Assembly: GCA_973895155.1 (NCBI GenBank)
Contig: OZ316894.1
Location: forward strand, 19,072,805 to 19,136,804
Source of the DNA: Marsupella aquatica
Lineage: Eukaryota > Plantae > Marchantiophyta
Length of the DNA: 64,000 bases
Direction of reading: 5' to 3'
In this document: positions 37,201-50,171 of the stretch, in pieces
Position numbering within the stretch: the first letter of the stretch is position 1
How the letters are laid out: each line of letters starts with the position of its first letter
Program-made: the position numbers and the translations under genes
The notes under the pieces: model-generated
What the model was told of the DNA's origin: nothing
Databases searched by the model: none
The model's input: the letters and a program-made list of their open reading frames with translations, nothing else

Positions 37201-38259
37201 AAGTTTGTCTAAGTGTGCTAAGGTCATGTTAAGGGAACACCCTAAAACTTAAGTCAATAAAGGGCATTATATCACAACAATAATGGGCATAATGAAGAAT
37301 AATTTTATTTAATAATTGAATGCCCAAGATAGTCAATAAAGGGCATTATATCACAACAATGCTTTCAAAATAGGCCATTACAGTATAATTTATGTCTGTC
37401 CTGAATTTCCCCTTACAATTTTCAGTGCATTTAATGCACGGTCAAGGCTTGGATCACCTCATTGGGTAGGTTTCCCTCCACTTAGACTTAAATTAGTAAA
37501 AAGAAAAATCTTTTAGGGCATTAAATTTGTTAAGGTCCTGTTTTGAGATCCCCGTTGAGAGCTATACGGGCACATCACAAGTTCAGTTTCCTCCTAGTGC
37601 CTGAGGTTTTACTCAATACTAGCCCGACTACCCGTCCTTTGACGTAAATAGAGGCAAAAATAAAAAAGAGTCAACCCTTGATGACAACAGCTAACTTTCA
37701 CACAGACTGCCTCCCTTATCCATTGACCATCTTCACAGGCAGCTCTATTTTCAAATGTGGCAAATAACTCCCGACACTACTCCACCCCCATCCCCGGATT
37801 TGACCCCCACCCCTAATTTGATTATCATCCCCGAAGTCACATTCTAAGGGCTTCAGTCTAGACATAGGCCTTCAAAGTAGCTTCACATTGCAATTAATGG
37901 TAGGATTTAGGGAAGAGATGTGGGCAATCAGGCCCCAGCAAATATCTTTTCACTCATTGATCTAGCGATCTTTGGTCCCAACCACTCCAACACTTTAGAC
38001 AGAAACTCCTCTCACATACAGTGGTGATATTGGAGAAATCAGGCCCCAACATGGCCCCAAAACAGAACAAAAATTCTTTTTACTCACTGACTTAGTGGAG
38101 ACTATCTGCCCCGACGGCCCGAACAGTTTAGGGAATAGACTACTCCCTCATGAAGTGGAGAACTTTGGGCATTTAGGTAATCACTTCTGAGAGATTGGTT
38201 CACTCAAGGAATGGTGGGGCTTCTTCCGGTGACCGTAATTGCTTAGAAACATCTGTTGC

Positions 38260-39310
38260 TCGGACTCAAATACTTACTTACATGCCATTGTTGTAACTTA
38301 AGAAATGGTTGGGGTTGGTTCCAACACTTATAAAAATCCTTTGCACAGGCCCATATACATGTGAGCAATTATCCAACTTTCAAAATGTTATGGCAGTCAC
38401 TTGCCAAGGACTGTTTTCCTTCGGGAATAGTGGGGCTTCTGGGTAGGCCCAACACTTCCAAAATCCTTTTTGCTTGCTCATACCCCAATACTTACAAGCC
38501 ATTGCTTCACTTGGGCATGGTCGGTTACGGTTCCAAAAATCTTTTCTGCTTGCTCATACCCCAATACTTACAAGCCATTGCTTCACTTGGGCATGGTCGG
38601 TTGGGCAGGGTCTTAGAAATATCCTTTTGTTCGTGCTCCAATACCAGGGCAGGCTCTTAGAAACAGGTTCTGCCCGGACCCAAGACGATAGACAAGCATT
38701 GTTTCACTTGGAATTGGTCGGTCAGTTGGGGAGGCTCTTAAAAAAAATCCTTTGCTCGTACTCCAAGACAAGGGAAGGGAAGGGTCCTAGAAGCATCTTC
38801 TGCCCTAACCCGAATAGTTGCACAGCACTGTTTCACTTGGATATGGTAGGTCAGTCGGCCAGGCTCTTAGAAATTATTTTTCCCTTTTTTTTTCTTGAAA
38901 GGAGTACTTTAATTATTAGCCAAATAAAACCCAATAAAAAAACGGGAGTAAAACGGTCGTGGGTGACTCTTGGTCCTTGACCGCATTTAGAAAAATCTTT
39001 TGTTCGGACTGGCATATTCACAAAGCCATTGTTTCACTTGGAAATGGTCGGTCAGGCAGGTTCTCAGAAATATCCTTTTGTTCGTACTCCAAAACGAGGG
39101 CAGGCTCTTAGAAACATTTCTGCCCGGGCTCGAACACTTACACAGCATTGTTTCACTTGGAAATGGTCGGCCAGTCGGGCAGCCTCTTGGAAAAATGATT
39201 TTTGCTCGTATTCCAATACGAGGGCAGGCTCTTATTATTAGAAGCAGCTTCTGCCCGGACCCGAACAGTCGTCACACAAGCATTCTTTTCCACTTGGAAA
39301 TCCTCGGGCA
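38260..39310. repeat. Complex diverged tandem array, ~65 and ~120 bp periods
   Basis: CATTG(C/T)TTCACTTGG..ATGGTCGGT and GGCAGGCTCTTAGAAA recur about 8 times. Confidence 0.8.
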
Positions 39311-39311
39311 G

Positions 39312-39404
39312 TCGGGCAGGCTGGACACGAGTGTGACAAAGTTCGGGCAGGATGGACACGAGTGTGACAAAGTTCGGGCAGGCTGGACACGAGTGTGACA
39401 AAGT
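39312..39404. repeat. Near-perfect minisatellite, 31 bp x3
   Basis: TCGGGCAGG(C/A)TGGACACGAGTGTGACAAAGT at 39312, 39343 and 39374. Confidence 0.95.
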
Positions 39405-42400
39405 TTTTAATGCGCAATCAGTGCGGTGTCCAGGATGGATCGATCAATCGCTTATCGCTCCCCCCTGAATGGCTGAATCGCAGTAGTGCGGAGCGATAAG
39501 GACCCGCGAAGCCTCCGCACGCGCGAGGAGGACGCAAGGACAAAGCGTGCACTACAGCTGCTCCAGCTGATAAGAAAGAGGCGACGGAACGCGAGCGAGA
39601 TGACGATAGACGACGCCTGACCTGCCCTCGGCTGCCCGCTCTGCCCGATCCAGCAGTCCCTGGCATGCGGTACAGTGGAGATAGAAAGAGAGAGAGGCGG
39701 GCTGCTTAATACCGGCAGGCAGGAGATCTGATTCGGTTGCGGGCAAGAACGGAGATAGAGAGAGAGGGACAGATAGAGAGAGACTGACCGGGGAGGGCGA
39801 GAGTTTACTGTAGAGAGTCTTTTCGCCGCTGAAATAAAAACGAAACCTTTTTCGGGGGGATTATTTTATTTTCTGAAAATGAATGAAATGTCTCGATCGT
39901 ACCTATAACACATTGCCAAAGACAGGAGTACAATAATTTATATGGTTTACAATGAACGGAAGGCAAGAGAGGTCCAAAGAGGGCTAATATCAACACAAAA
40001 TAGAGACAATTCAACCTTGAAAACCAAGGAAGAGGACGAAGAAAATATGTTTCTCGATAAATTATTTGATTGGAAATGAATGGAAACCCTGAAAACCAAC
40101 TAAGAGGAAGAAGAAATAAATGTTTCTTGACAAATTATCTGAATTGGAAATGAATGGAACAGAGACTTAAACTGGAGGGTGAGTTTACTGTAGACATAAT
40201 ATTTGCCACTGGAAAGGAGCATTGGGAGGGGGGAGATTATTTGATGTGAAAAAGAATGATGTAGCAAACTATAACCCACTGCCATGAAATAACAAACTCT
40301 TTGTTGGGGAGTGAAAATGAAGGAAATATAGGCATAAACGGGCCATAAAAAACTATATATTGGGGAGTGATTTGATCCGGAAATGAATGTCATGTACATT
40401 GCCTAAGAATTAAAAGGTCCCAAGGACAAGAGACCCAATGCAAGAAAGAAAACAACACTGCACAACCAAAGAGCCAAAAGGACCCAGAGTTGCTTGCACA
40501 CACCAGGGCATACTAACTGAAGCCCTTCTCCGAAGCAAACTGAAATGCCTGGTAAAGCCTGGGAGTATACGGCTCAAGAGGCTAATCAAGAGAATTTGTT
40601 TCTGCCCTAAAACAAACAGCCCAATTATTTGATAGATTCAATGAAAGTGAGCAAAGAGGTTCCGTTGTCATAATAAAGTAGTGTCATAGAAAAGATTGAG
40701 TGAACAGGCTTGTACTACGCCATGGGATTGATATGATGTTTTCCTATTGAAATGAATGCGGTATGTACAATCTGCAGTTTCTTTTGCTTTCCAAGTATCT
40801 TTTAAGTTAAATGGCACTAGCTCAAATACGCGTGCATCTGCACAGGAAAGACTGCCCCTACCCAGAGTCCCCATGCGGATTGCTACTCACAAGCACAGTC
40901 TAGAATATCAATTTTTTCTGTTACCAGAGAATTTTGACTTATGGCTTCACTCTATGGGTAGGTAATCAATGGCAGACTTTGATGGCAAACCATAGTGTAG
41001 ATAGAGCTGAAGTCTATGGCACACTATTGGTGCTATTTAACAATATTTGCTCAGCACTGAAAGTTTAGCACTTGAAACTTATGTTTTAGAGTCAGAGATA
41101 GTGTGACATACTCGTGTTCCTGGTGTGGTTTTCAATTTTGTGTTGGATGAGTGCTGAATGAGTTGTTGGGGCCAGTATGAAGACCCCATACCTTAGTGAT
41201 GGGAACACTTTGATGGGAATACTATTCTCTTCAAAGTTTGCCTTGTCAACACCTTGGGGTGTAAATTAATGAAAATACTTTGCTGGACATCCAGCAAAAA
41301 GCTATTGAAAGCTAGTTCAAACCGCATAGCTGCGAGGTTATAATGGGGACTTTGAGCAAGTTGAAACCACAGATTCAGTTCAGAAACCAAAGGAACCCTA
41401 TGAAAAGAGAATGAAGGGCTTTTCTTGATGTAGAGCTAATGCCCACTGGGGAGCCCAGGCCACACAACTGGGAAAGAGATAAGTTTAGGACGTTGAGCGG
41501 CAAGATTTAGCATAGTCTTCATACCTTTTTTGCCACAAAAAATATCAATCCCCGCCCATAATGAAACAGAATACAACCAAAGGAAGCCTACAAAAGGGGG
41601 ACACTAAGAGAGGGAGAACCAGATGAGCGGCAGAAGCCCTAGGCGGGAAGTACTTTATATTCCTTAACTTGGTTTTTGATCATTTGATCACTAGGACGTC
41701 TAAAAAATCTTATTCTTATGGTTAATGACTTATCAGGAACACATGAAAAATTTCAATATGTGTTTTTGCCAAACCTGTCCATTTCTGTTAGGGTCATGTC
41801 TTATCAACTATTTCTACAACCAACAAATTAAAATTTTGCAATTTTGTGTCTTGCAGCAGTTTGGGCCCTAACCATAACGGTGGCGTACTGAATGCAATAA
41901 AAAGTGTAACTTTGAGACCCCTATTGTCCTTTTCAAGAGGCAAAATTTGGCTAGATTCTATCTCATTGAAAAGTCTTGGCCACCCTTCCATTAGCCGGTT
42001 TAACAGCAAACCAGAACCAGAGAACAAACTAGCCCAAATTGGAGGGTTTCCCTGAAATCTAGGGAGATATACTAGTCAAAAATCAATCTAAAAAATTAGA
42101 TAAGGAAGATTTTAGCATCTTCTCAGTCACGCTAGGGTCACAATAACCACCCGGACTAAAACGGGAAAAAAACATTAAAAATTACCCGGGTCTCCAGTAT
42201 CTCTCTCGTTTTGATGTTTTTTGTCGTTTTGAAAAGTCTCTCTTGACCAGACCACTTACTCGTCTAGTCATCAGAGTGCAAAATGCCTCGTTTGGAAAAA
42301 AACACCTCACAATAAAGACAGTGAGGGAAACACGTCTCCCTCACCCAGATTCCGAATCTAAAAAGAGCTCCCCGACCATTTGGCCCAACCCATAAAGGAA

Positions 42401-44638
42401 CGTGGCCAGGTTATTATAGACGTTGGCCCCCTTCTCATGGAGAACACCGACGAATCCACGTAGGGTCCAGAAATACTCTAATCGATCAGCGGAGTCGGGG
42501 GGCAGCGCGTAGGTGTGGGCAGCGAAACTAAGTTGGTGTCGGGGGGCGCAACCCATGTGCTGGCCCGGGCATCGACCCTGACAAAAAACGGATCGTCTTG
42601 GGGAGCCACGAATTATGACGCAGGAGGAGACGGAAATTCAAGGCGTGACCCGTAAGGCGATGCGCCACCGCGATACTGGGTGCCTGGGTGGGGATTCTGC
42701 CGGATTAGGGGCGTATGTGGCGAAAGGGACGAGGAACCCATTGGTCTCGAGGCTCGGCACCTGCTTCGGGACTGCCAAATTTAGCGACGGAACTATCCGT
42801 GGCGTGTCCCGTGGATGACTAGGCCTTTTGTCGCTTGTGGGTCCGGGGCGGGCAGGCATCATTAATTGAGGGCGTTGTCTGGCTTGACCACGCGTGTGGC
42901 GCGGTCAAAGGAGGGCAGAAGGAACGAAAGCTTTCGAAAAGGAAAGAAAAGCGGTTTTTCTTTGTTAACTCGTGAGAGAGTTTCGACCCTCGGGCAGTGC
43001 CACTTCGCCCCTTAAAACCCTCGGGCAGCGGGGGCCGGTCTCTGCCGGGATCCGACCGGCCCTACCGCTCATCGGCGACAGAGAGCAGCCAGTTTCAGGT
43101 AGGAGGCCGGCAGTTTGACCGGCGTTCGGTTTGCATTCTGACATTATTGGGGAACAGGATGGGCTCGGATCGGGGGCGTTTTGGCCGGCGGCCAATAAAG
43201 TGAAAAGGAAAAAAACAATCCCAAATTTAGTGTACTTTAATTACCAAACCTGAAGCCTGGATAGACCCGGTCAGTGAACCATGCAACGCCAATGGACTGG
43301 GACACCCTTTACACTTTCATGAGTGACGCTCTAGTTGTTTCCAAAAAACGTTTTAACATGAAACTTTTCTTATTAATATCTTCCCTTATATCCATCTGAA
43401 TCTCTAAGGTTACTGTAATTGGGCTTGTTAGAGGCTGTTTGAAAACATAATTCCAATAAGTCTAATATTGCTCTTTATTATCAAGAAGTGAGGACAACTA
43501 TGAATTTCTTATGATTTCTGAGTCATTCACTTGGCACACTTCAGCTTTCTGAGATTTTTGAGTGGCTAAGTTCTTCTCAATACCTCCCAAGATATCCAAT
43601 GTAGGAATGCCCATTTCATGTTTAGCATTTGATGTTTAGCCTCCACCCCATGCCCGGCATAGACTGCACAGCAACTGTCATGGGACTACACCTGCGAACA
43701 GCTGGTGTGGACTGCCATCATGGGTGCCCTCCCCTGTTTGCCATTGTCCATGAAATGAATTATCGCAGCATCCAAAACCTGGGCCTTTGCAAACATTAAA
43801 ACCCAACCCCCCTGCACAAGAGCACATAAAAGAGTACAATTAATTTCAGTGCGAAGAGCTCCATATTACACTGTTTCAGTCCCCACCATATTCCCCAATT
43901 TATTATTTTCCCCACTTCATAACGTTCTGCTACGTTTTTTTCCTTGGTTCAAGATTTGGTGTGAAAAGAATTTGGGTGCAGCACCGTGTGAAAGAAACGC
44001 CCCCTGATATTTGGCCGCCAGCGCGCACCGCCAGAATGGCCCCGGTTCTCTTTTTCTCCTCGGGTCAGGCGCTTTTGGTAATCATCGGCACCCAGACGAG
44101 AACAGTGATGATACAGTACAGTAACGGGGAACGGTGGCAGACGCGCGGGCAGGTACAGCACAAGGCAGGCAGGCACGCAGGCGGGCAGAGGCAGGTCCGC
44201 AGGCAGGTCCGCAGGCAGGCGGGCGGGCTGGCGGGCGGGCGGGTTGTCATGCAGCGAACGGTGCGTCGCTCGGTTGCGCGCGTAGTTTTATGAACTTGCA
44301 CGAGCCCCAGCCGAGGCATTTTCGCTTGCCTTTCCTTGCCTTTCCTTCCAGAATTTGAAACCCCCATGGACCACAAGGTTTGAACTTTGAAACCCCCATA
44401 GACCCCAGTTCCCAAGATCTGAGTCTACAAACCCCCTTGGACCCTATTTCAACAGTTCGAGTTTAATTAGGCTGACTTGATATTCATAAAGTCAGGTTTA
44501 TTTAGCTTTGGGGAAGTGCTGGAGGAGTAGGTAAGCTCGCCTCCATCAAAGGGACAGTGAAATTTAGGGCATTTGGGTTCAGTTTTACACCATAAAATGA
44601 GGAAAGCTGAATTCCATTTCATTAATTTCCATCCTAAG

Positions 44639-45240
44639 ATCTGAAATATTTGGGCTTGTGGTTTTGTAAGGCTCCTCTTCTCTGGTTGCCTTGCAGGTGC
44701 AAAACTAAAAACTCATTTCACTCTCATAATCATGAAGTTATGGGCCCCAAACTTGCACAGACCACCAAAATGTGATGCAAGTGAGTAGTGGAGAGGAGAA
44801 TTCCACTACAACAAAGTTCCCTCGCACTAATCTGAAATATAATGCTTGTTGTTTTGTAAGTCATCTGAAATATAAGGCTTGTTGTTTTGTAAGTCTCCTC
44901 TTCTCTACTTGCCTTGCAGGTGCAAAACTAAAACTAAAACTAAAACTTAACGAAGTACTCATAATCATGAAGTAATGGGCCCCAAGTTAGCAAGGACCAC
45001 CAAAAAAATGTGGTCCACATGAGTAGTGGAGGAGAGAATTCCACTACATTAATTTCCGTCGCACTAATCTGAAATATTAGGCTTCTGGTTTTCCAAGTAT
45101 CCTGGTTGCCTTGCAGCTACAAACCTCAAAACTAAAACTCAAACTTGCTGCAGTACTCATAATCACGAAGTTAGGGGCTCCAAACTGGCATGGACCACCA
45201 AAATGTGGTCCACGGGAGTGATGTGTGCGACATTGTAGTC
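44639..45240. repeat. Diverged tandem array, ~205-225 bp x3
   Basis: ATCTGAAATAT..TTGCCTTGCAG..AAAACTAAAA..CTCATAATCA.GAAGT..GACCACCAAAA recurs three times. Confidence 0.85.
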
Positions 45241-46481
45241 CATCCTGGCCATGCTCTGCTTTTGGTTCCTTGGTTCGCACGATGGCTTGGAAAGGCTTTT
45301 TTTTTGGTTGGTTCCTTGGTTCCATATGAGCAGCACATGGCGAGGGGCAACTCTTCCGGTCCATCTGGGTCTGGCAGCAGCACCAGCTTCAGCTTCAGCT
45401 TCGTCTTGTTGCACCTCGCTTCCACTCGACTCGACTCGACTCGACTCAGACCCACCTTCTTCCGCTGCTTCTCATCATCATCATCGAATCCTCTGTTACT
45501 CCTGCTGCTGCTGCTCCTGCTCCTGCTGCTGGTGATGGCGATGGTGGTGCTGCGGGGGATCTATCTGCTCGTAGTGCCTCGACCTGGTGCGCGTTTCGTC
45601 GATCGTGCTCCTCGGGGATGTCGCGTCCTCGGCTCGTCGATCTCGCTTCGCCGTCGCCGCTGATGCCTCTGCTGTGCTGCTGCCGCTGCTGCTGCTGGGG
45701 TATCGTTGCTTCGCGTCTTGGGGCAGGGTGGAAGTGAAGACCCACATGCATTTCCTGGAGAGGCTTTGCGTTGCTCGCAGGATCGGGTTTTTCCAGCTTT
45801 CGGAGGGAGGCAGACGATATCGACCGCCACTTTCGGCGACGGACGGGAGTCGACGATAGGGAGGAGCAGGAGAAATCTGGCCCTCTTTGGTCCAGTGCAG
45901 TGGAGTGGAGTGGAGTGGAGTGCAGGAGGAGCGCTGTGGAGGAGGAGCATCGGGAGGTGCTTTGGGAAGGGCGGACGGGGTCGGCGGTGTTGGTGAAGGG
46001 GAGCTCTGTGGTGTGGAGTCCGGAGTGTATGCGCTTGTCTCTCTCTCTTCTTAGTTCTGGGACAGGCTTGTCCAAGCAGGCAGACGGGCGAGGAATTTGG
46101 GACTCGAGAGAAGGGCAGTGACGCGGTTTTGTTTTCTTTGTCTGATCACTGCTTGTTTTCGTGGAGTCGGGGAGGAGGATTGAGTGTTGTGTGGGGTGTT
46201 TAGCCCGTTTGGTTCAATCTGGACAAGAAGGCCTGTTTTTCGTTCTCCAGGATCGAGCGGAGCGAGGGAGAGTGGAGGGTGTCTCTTTGCTGTCGATGGG
46301 ATGATTCGAAGGAAGTACAGGGGTTGGTAACACTGACTAGGAGGTTCAGTGTGTGGAGAAGAGGAGCGATTATCTTGTAAGGTAAGGACTCGATTGGGCC
46401 GAGAGGAGCAAGTCTGCCAAGGAAGTATAGGAAGTAGGAACCACGGCGAGGGGACAAGGTGCAGAGGGTCTCTGGACAACC

Positions 46482-48227
46482 ATGAGAGGTGTCGATGGTA
46501 GTGGTGGCGGCGTAAGTGCTCTCGAACCACACGTTGCGCACGCGAATACCGAACAACAACCGGGGCGGGGTCCAAGGCGTAGGAGTCACAAGGCATCACT
46601 TGTAGTTAGTGGGAGTCATCGAGTCGACTGTCACGCGAACTCTAGGAGCGAGGGGTCAGCTCGGAACCGGGGTTTGGCTAACGTTTCTCTAGTTTCATCC
46701 AAAGATCCGGAGGGTAGTCGTCTTGCGACCTTCAGGGTACAAGGGGAGGAGAGCGCTAGGGCAACCATCCGAGGCGGGGACGGAGTAGCCGGGGGTTTGA
46801 GTTCACTGGAGTCGCGGCACGTTGCCCACTCCAGCAAAGAATCAAGAGGGTCTTCTTCTCGAAGGGGTAGTAGGGGCGAGAGTAAGCTGAAAAGAGGAAG
46901 CGAAGGGCCGGTTCCTAAGGGATTTCCGGCGAACGGTGCGTCATCGTCGGAGCCAGCTGCTCGTTCGTCCCGGGTTTCTGCTGGAGCGGCAGCTCGAAAG
47001 AATAAACGAAACCGTAGTGCGAATGCTGTGGTGGAAGCGAGCGACATGGGAAATGCTGTTCACGAGAAGGGTTTGAAGCATGGTAAAAGTAGAATAAACA
47101 TGGCTGGCCCCTCCGTCGCTGAAGAGGAGCAAATGGAACCGGAGAGCTCTCCTCGAGAAAGAGTGGGGGAGTATTTCCCTTTGATAAATGATGAGGTTGG
47201 GATGGATTGCCTCACAAGACTTCCCCGTTCTAGGATTTACGAGATGGCCATGGTGTGTAGGAAGTGGAGGGAGTATCTACAAAGTCCTGAGCTCTACAAA
47301 GCACGGCGATTGATGGGTGTACGGGAAGACTGGGTTTTCATTTTAGGTACGAACGTGGTTTTAGATACGAATGCGGATAACAATTGGCGCGCGTTTCGGC
47401 CTGATGTCGGAGACTGGGTAAGTATCCCGTCTTGTCCTAGTGACTATACTTTTGATTCCTGCGACAAGGAGTCGATGGTTGCCGGCCTGAACCTATTAGT
47501 CTTAGGACAGAATAAGGATGGGTATGTGATTTGGAAGTTCGATACCATCACCTGCAAGTGGTCAACCACTCCTCGGATGAAGACGGATCGATGCATGTTC
47601 GGGTCTGCCACTTTCGGCAAGTATGCTTACTTCGCAGGAGGAACGAGCCGGGGAACTGTACTCAAGTCAGTGGAACGGTATGACTCCGAGACCAATACGT
47701 GGGAGTCCCTCGCTGACATGAACCTCGATCGGAAGGCCTGCTCAGGGTTCGTGATGGACGGGAAGTTCCATGTAATAGGGGGCCATGTTACGACTAGCAT
47801 TCTTAGCTCAGGAGAGGCATATGATCCGCAGACAGGGACATGGACCGTGATCAAGGAAATGTGGCCCCAGCAGTTCGTCCCAAATACACAGGTCTCGCCA
47901 CCGTTGGTCGCAGTGCTGAACAATCAGCTGTATGCGATCAACATCATCCACAATATGCTCATGCTCTACGACAAGGAGCAAAACTCGTGGATGATGTTGG
48001 AAAAGGTGCCGTTCAGGGCTGAGAATACCAACGGCTGGGGGCTCGGGTTCAAGTCAGTCGGCGACGAACTGTTCGTCATAGGGGGTGCGAGGGGCCCCGA
48101 AAAGTTCTTACCTAAGATTCATGCTTACAAGCCTAGAGCAGATGGAGGCGAGACTTGGCGTCACGTCACAGATCTGAAGATCCCCACAAACGGATTCATT
48201 TATAACTGTGCTGTGATGAGTGGGTGA
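46482..48227 (+). CDS. F-box/kelch-repeat protein (SKIP11/At1g74510-type subfamily), 581 aa, intronless
   Basis: F-box (FPLINDEVGMDCLTRLPRS..MVCRKWREYLQSPELYKARR), subfamily motif SCDKESMVAG, kelch blades (YFAGG..VERYDSETNTW; CSGFVMDGKFHVIGG..GEAYDPQTGTW; PPLVAVLNNQLYA; GWGLGFK..LFVIGG) and C-terminal FIYNCAVM. Confidence 0.95.
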   Translation: MRGVDGSGGGVSALEPHVAHANTEQQPGRGPRRRSHKASLVVSGSHRVDCHANSRSEGSARNRGLANVSLVSSKDPEGSRLATFRVQGEESARATIRGGDGVAGGLSSLESRHVAHSSKESRGSSSRRGSRGESKLKRGSEGPVPKGFPANGASSSEPAARSSRVSAGAAARKNKRNRSANAVVEASDMGNAVHEKGLKHGKSRINMAGPSVAEEEQMEPESSPRERVGEYFPLINDEVGMDCLTRLPRSRIYEMAMVCRKWREYLQSPELYKARRLMGVREDWVFILGTNVVLDTNADNNWRAFRPDVGDWVSIPSCPSDYTFDSCDKESMVAGLNLLVLGQNKDGYVIWKFDTITCKWSTTPRMKTDRCMFGSATFGKYAYFAGGTSRGTVLKSVERYDSETNTWESLADMNLDRKACSGFVMDGKFHVIGGHVTTSILSSGEAYDPQTGTWTVIKEMWPQQFVPNTQVSPPLVAVLNNQLYAINIIHNMLMLYDKEQNSWMMLEKVPFRAENTNGWGLGFKSVGDELFVIGGARGPEKFLPKIHAYKPRADGGETWRHVTDLKIPTNGFIYNCAVMSG

Positions 48228-50171
48228 GGGCAGGGTACCACCTTTGTTGTGGTATTATCAACAACGCATGTGTGTGGGTTCGAGATCTCATTTTCCAGTG
48301 AGCCCCCATGGTGTCTCCATCACGAAGGCTGATATTGGCATCAAACGACGAGAACGTGGCACTCAATGTTACATTCCATACGTTACCTGTTCTATCGGGT
48401 CTTCATGCCTCCATCGGTATAGATCAAGTGTCCTATCTTGGGCCGGCCTTCGTTCTTCTGGTTGACTCCTATTTGAAATCGCCGGCTCCATTTCATCATC
48501 TCTCGTTCGTTACGTCACGTGGCTGCCCTGCCGCCTTCTCATCTTCTCCGGGGGGTACAATGTAATAAAAGGTTGGGCCTGATCCCCTTAAGGCATGCTA
48601 GAAACAGGTGGAGGAGGTAGTGTTGATGAGAAAACCTTATGTTTGCATTGGTCCAGGACATGTTTGATATCCCAGCATTGATAGTTGATTCTGAAATAGC
48701 TTTGTCGAGACACTCACACCACCCTTCAACTTGCCCGATTCATGCACTCGCCAAAGAAATTTTACGATTTCATCGTGGCAGTCTCCCGGAGGTCAACCTG
48801 TGCGGATGATGTCCATCATGTAAAAGTTGGAGAGGGGAGAGTTGTGCAGGATCGGCCCCTGCTGATGTCACTGCTCTGCATCTGGCAGGGCTTCAAATGA
48901 TAGTGATTCATCGACATGAATTCAAAGAGAGGTTGAGATGTCAGCTTGGAGTAGCTTAGCGACCATATTCCCCAAAATTTAGGCATTAGAGGCAAGCGGT
49001 CTGTTGTGCTCCTCCCAGCGGCATGATTACGAGAGCATTTGATACCCCAGGAGTCAGTATTGGCTGGCCCGTCTCATTGATGGCTGCAGTTTATGGTCTT
49101 TTCCCTGTAGTTTGGGTCTTCACACCTTGATTCATCTATGTACATACTTACCGGCACACTACTTAGGTGGTGGGATTACCAGCTGAATCCGCTGCGGACG
49201 ATGAAGAACGGGAATGAATCTTTGATATCTGAATTCAAATTTCATGTCTTTCGACAATCTGTACATTTTCCATTGTAATGCGAGATGATCTTTCCTCTGG
49301 GGCATCTGCTTTGATCGCGTCTAGGCTTTACTTTATCTACAAAGATCTCATTCCGGTTGTTGTGCTTGTGGAGGTTCCTTACATTTGTCCTTCTTCCATT
49401 GCCCGTTTTGGATGATGCCACTGTTCTATGTTTAGGCTGTCTCGGGTTCGTTTTTTAATGCGCATTTACCTTCGATTTATGTCTGGCCGTTATTTTCTCT
49501 ATCATCGTGTTTCATGATGGAGCTTGTGCTTCCGTCTCATGCGGTGAAGGGTGCCCGGGACAGAAATCCCCAGTCGGCCATGATGGAGGTTGAACCCTAC
49601 TGAACGGAACGCGAGATGGCCTTTTACAGTTGCTGAAGTGTCGCTGTGTTGGCTAATCCCTTCGCGCCCCCCCCATCCGAGGGTGTGATGTTGTGAAGTA
49701 AGTGTTTCCCAGCCGTTATCCTCTGGACTCAATAATCCAATATGATGCCAGTAGGATGGAATCGCTTAGAGACGGGCTAGCAAACGTTCTCGGAAGTCGG
49801 TCGTTGGAACATGGATATCTATTTGGTCTTTGGATCTCCTCACCTTGGAACGCAATCTGCTAGGAGTAAGTGTTCGGTTCCGCTGGCATGGACTATAAAT
49901 CACAAGTTTGAGATGATAAGGTGCATAGAGACTGGGCGCGCAGACTCTGATCTTGCCTTTTCAGAGTTGAAGCGATCTATTAGCTACCTTTTCCGTCTTT
50001 TGGTTCTTCGGACTGTTCAATGAGTGAAGGTAACAGTACTGGCTGCGGCCTTTAATGCTTAAGCTTGCAGCTTTCTGGTTTACGAGCTGACCTGCAGGGG
50101 TATGTGAGGCGAGCACTCGTTGATAAGAAGTACACAAGCAGAATTGAGGTGGACTCATTCACGATTGAATG

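Noticed and set aside
38361-39401. ORFs of 99-168 aa
   Set aside because: They arise from the tandem array and have repetitive translations.
45190-46599. Many overlapping ORFs with poly-L, poly-Q or poly-A tracts, up to 209 aa
   Set aside because: They come from the GC-rich microsatellite leader of the kelch gene and contain no domain. Only the 42-aa ATG ORF is kept, as a uORF candidate.
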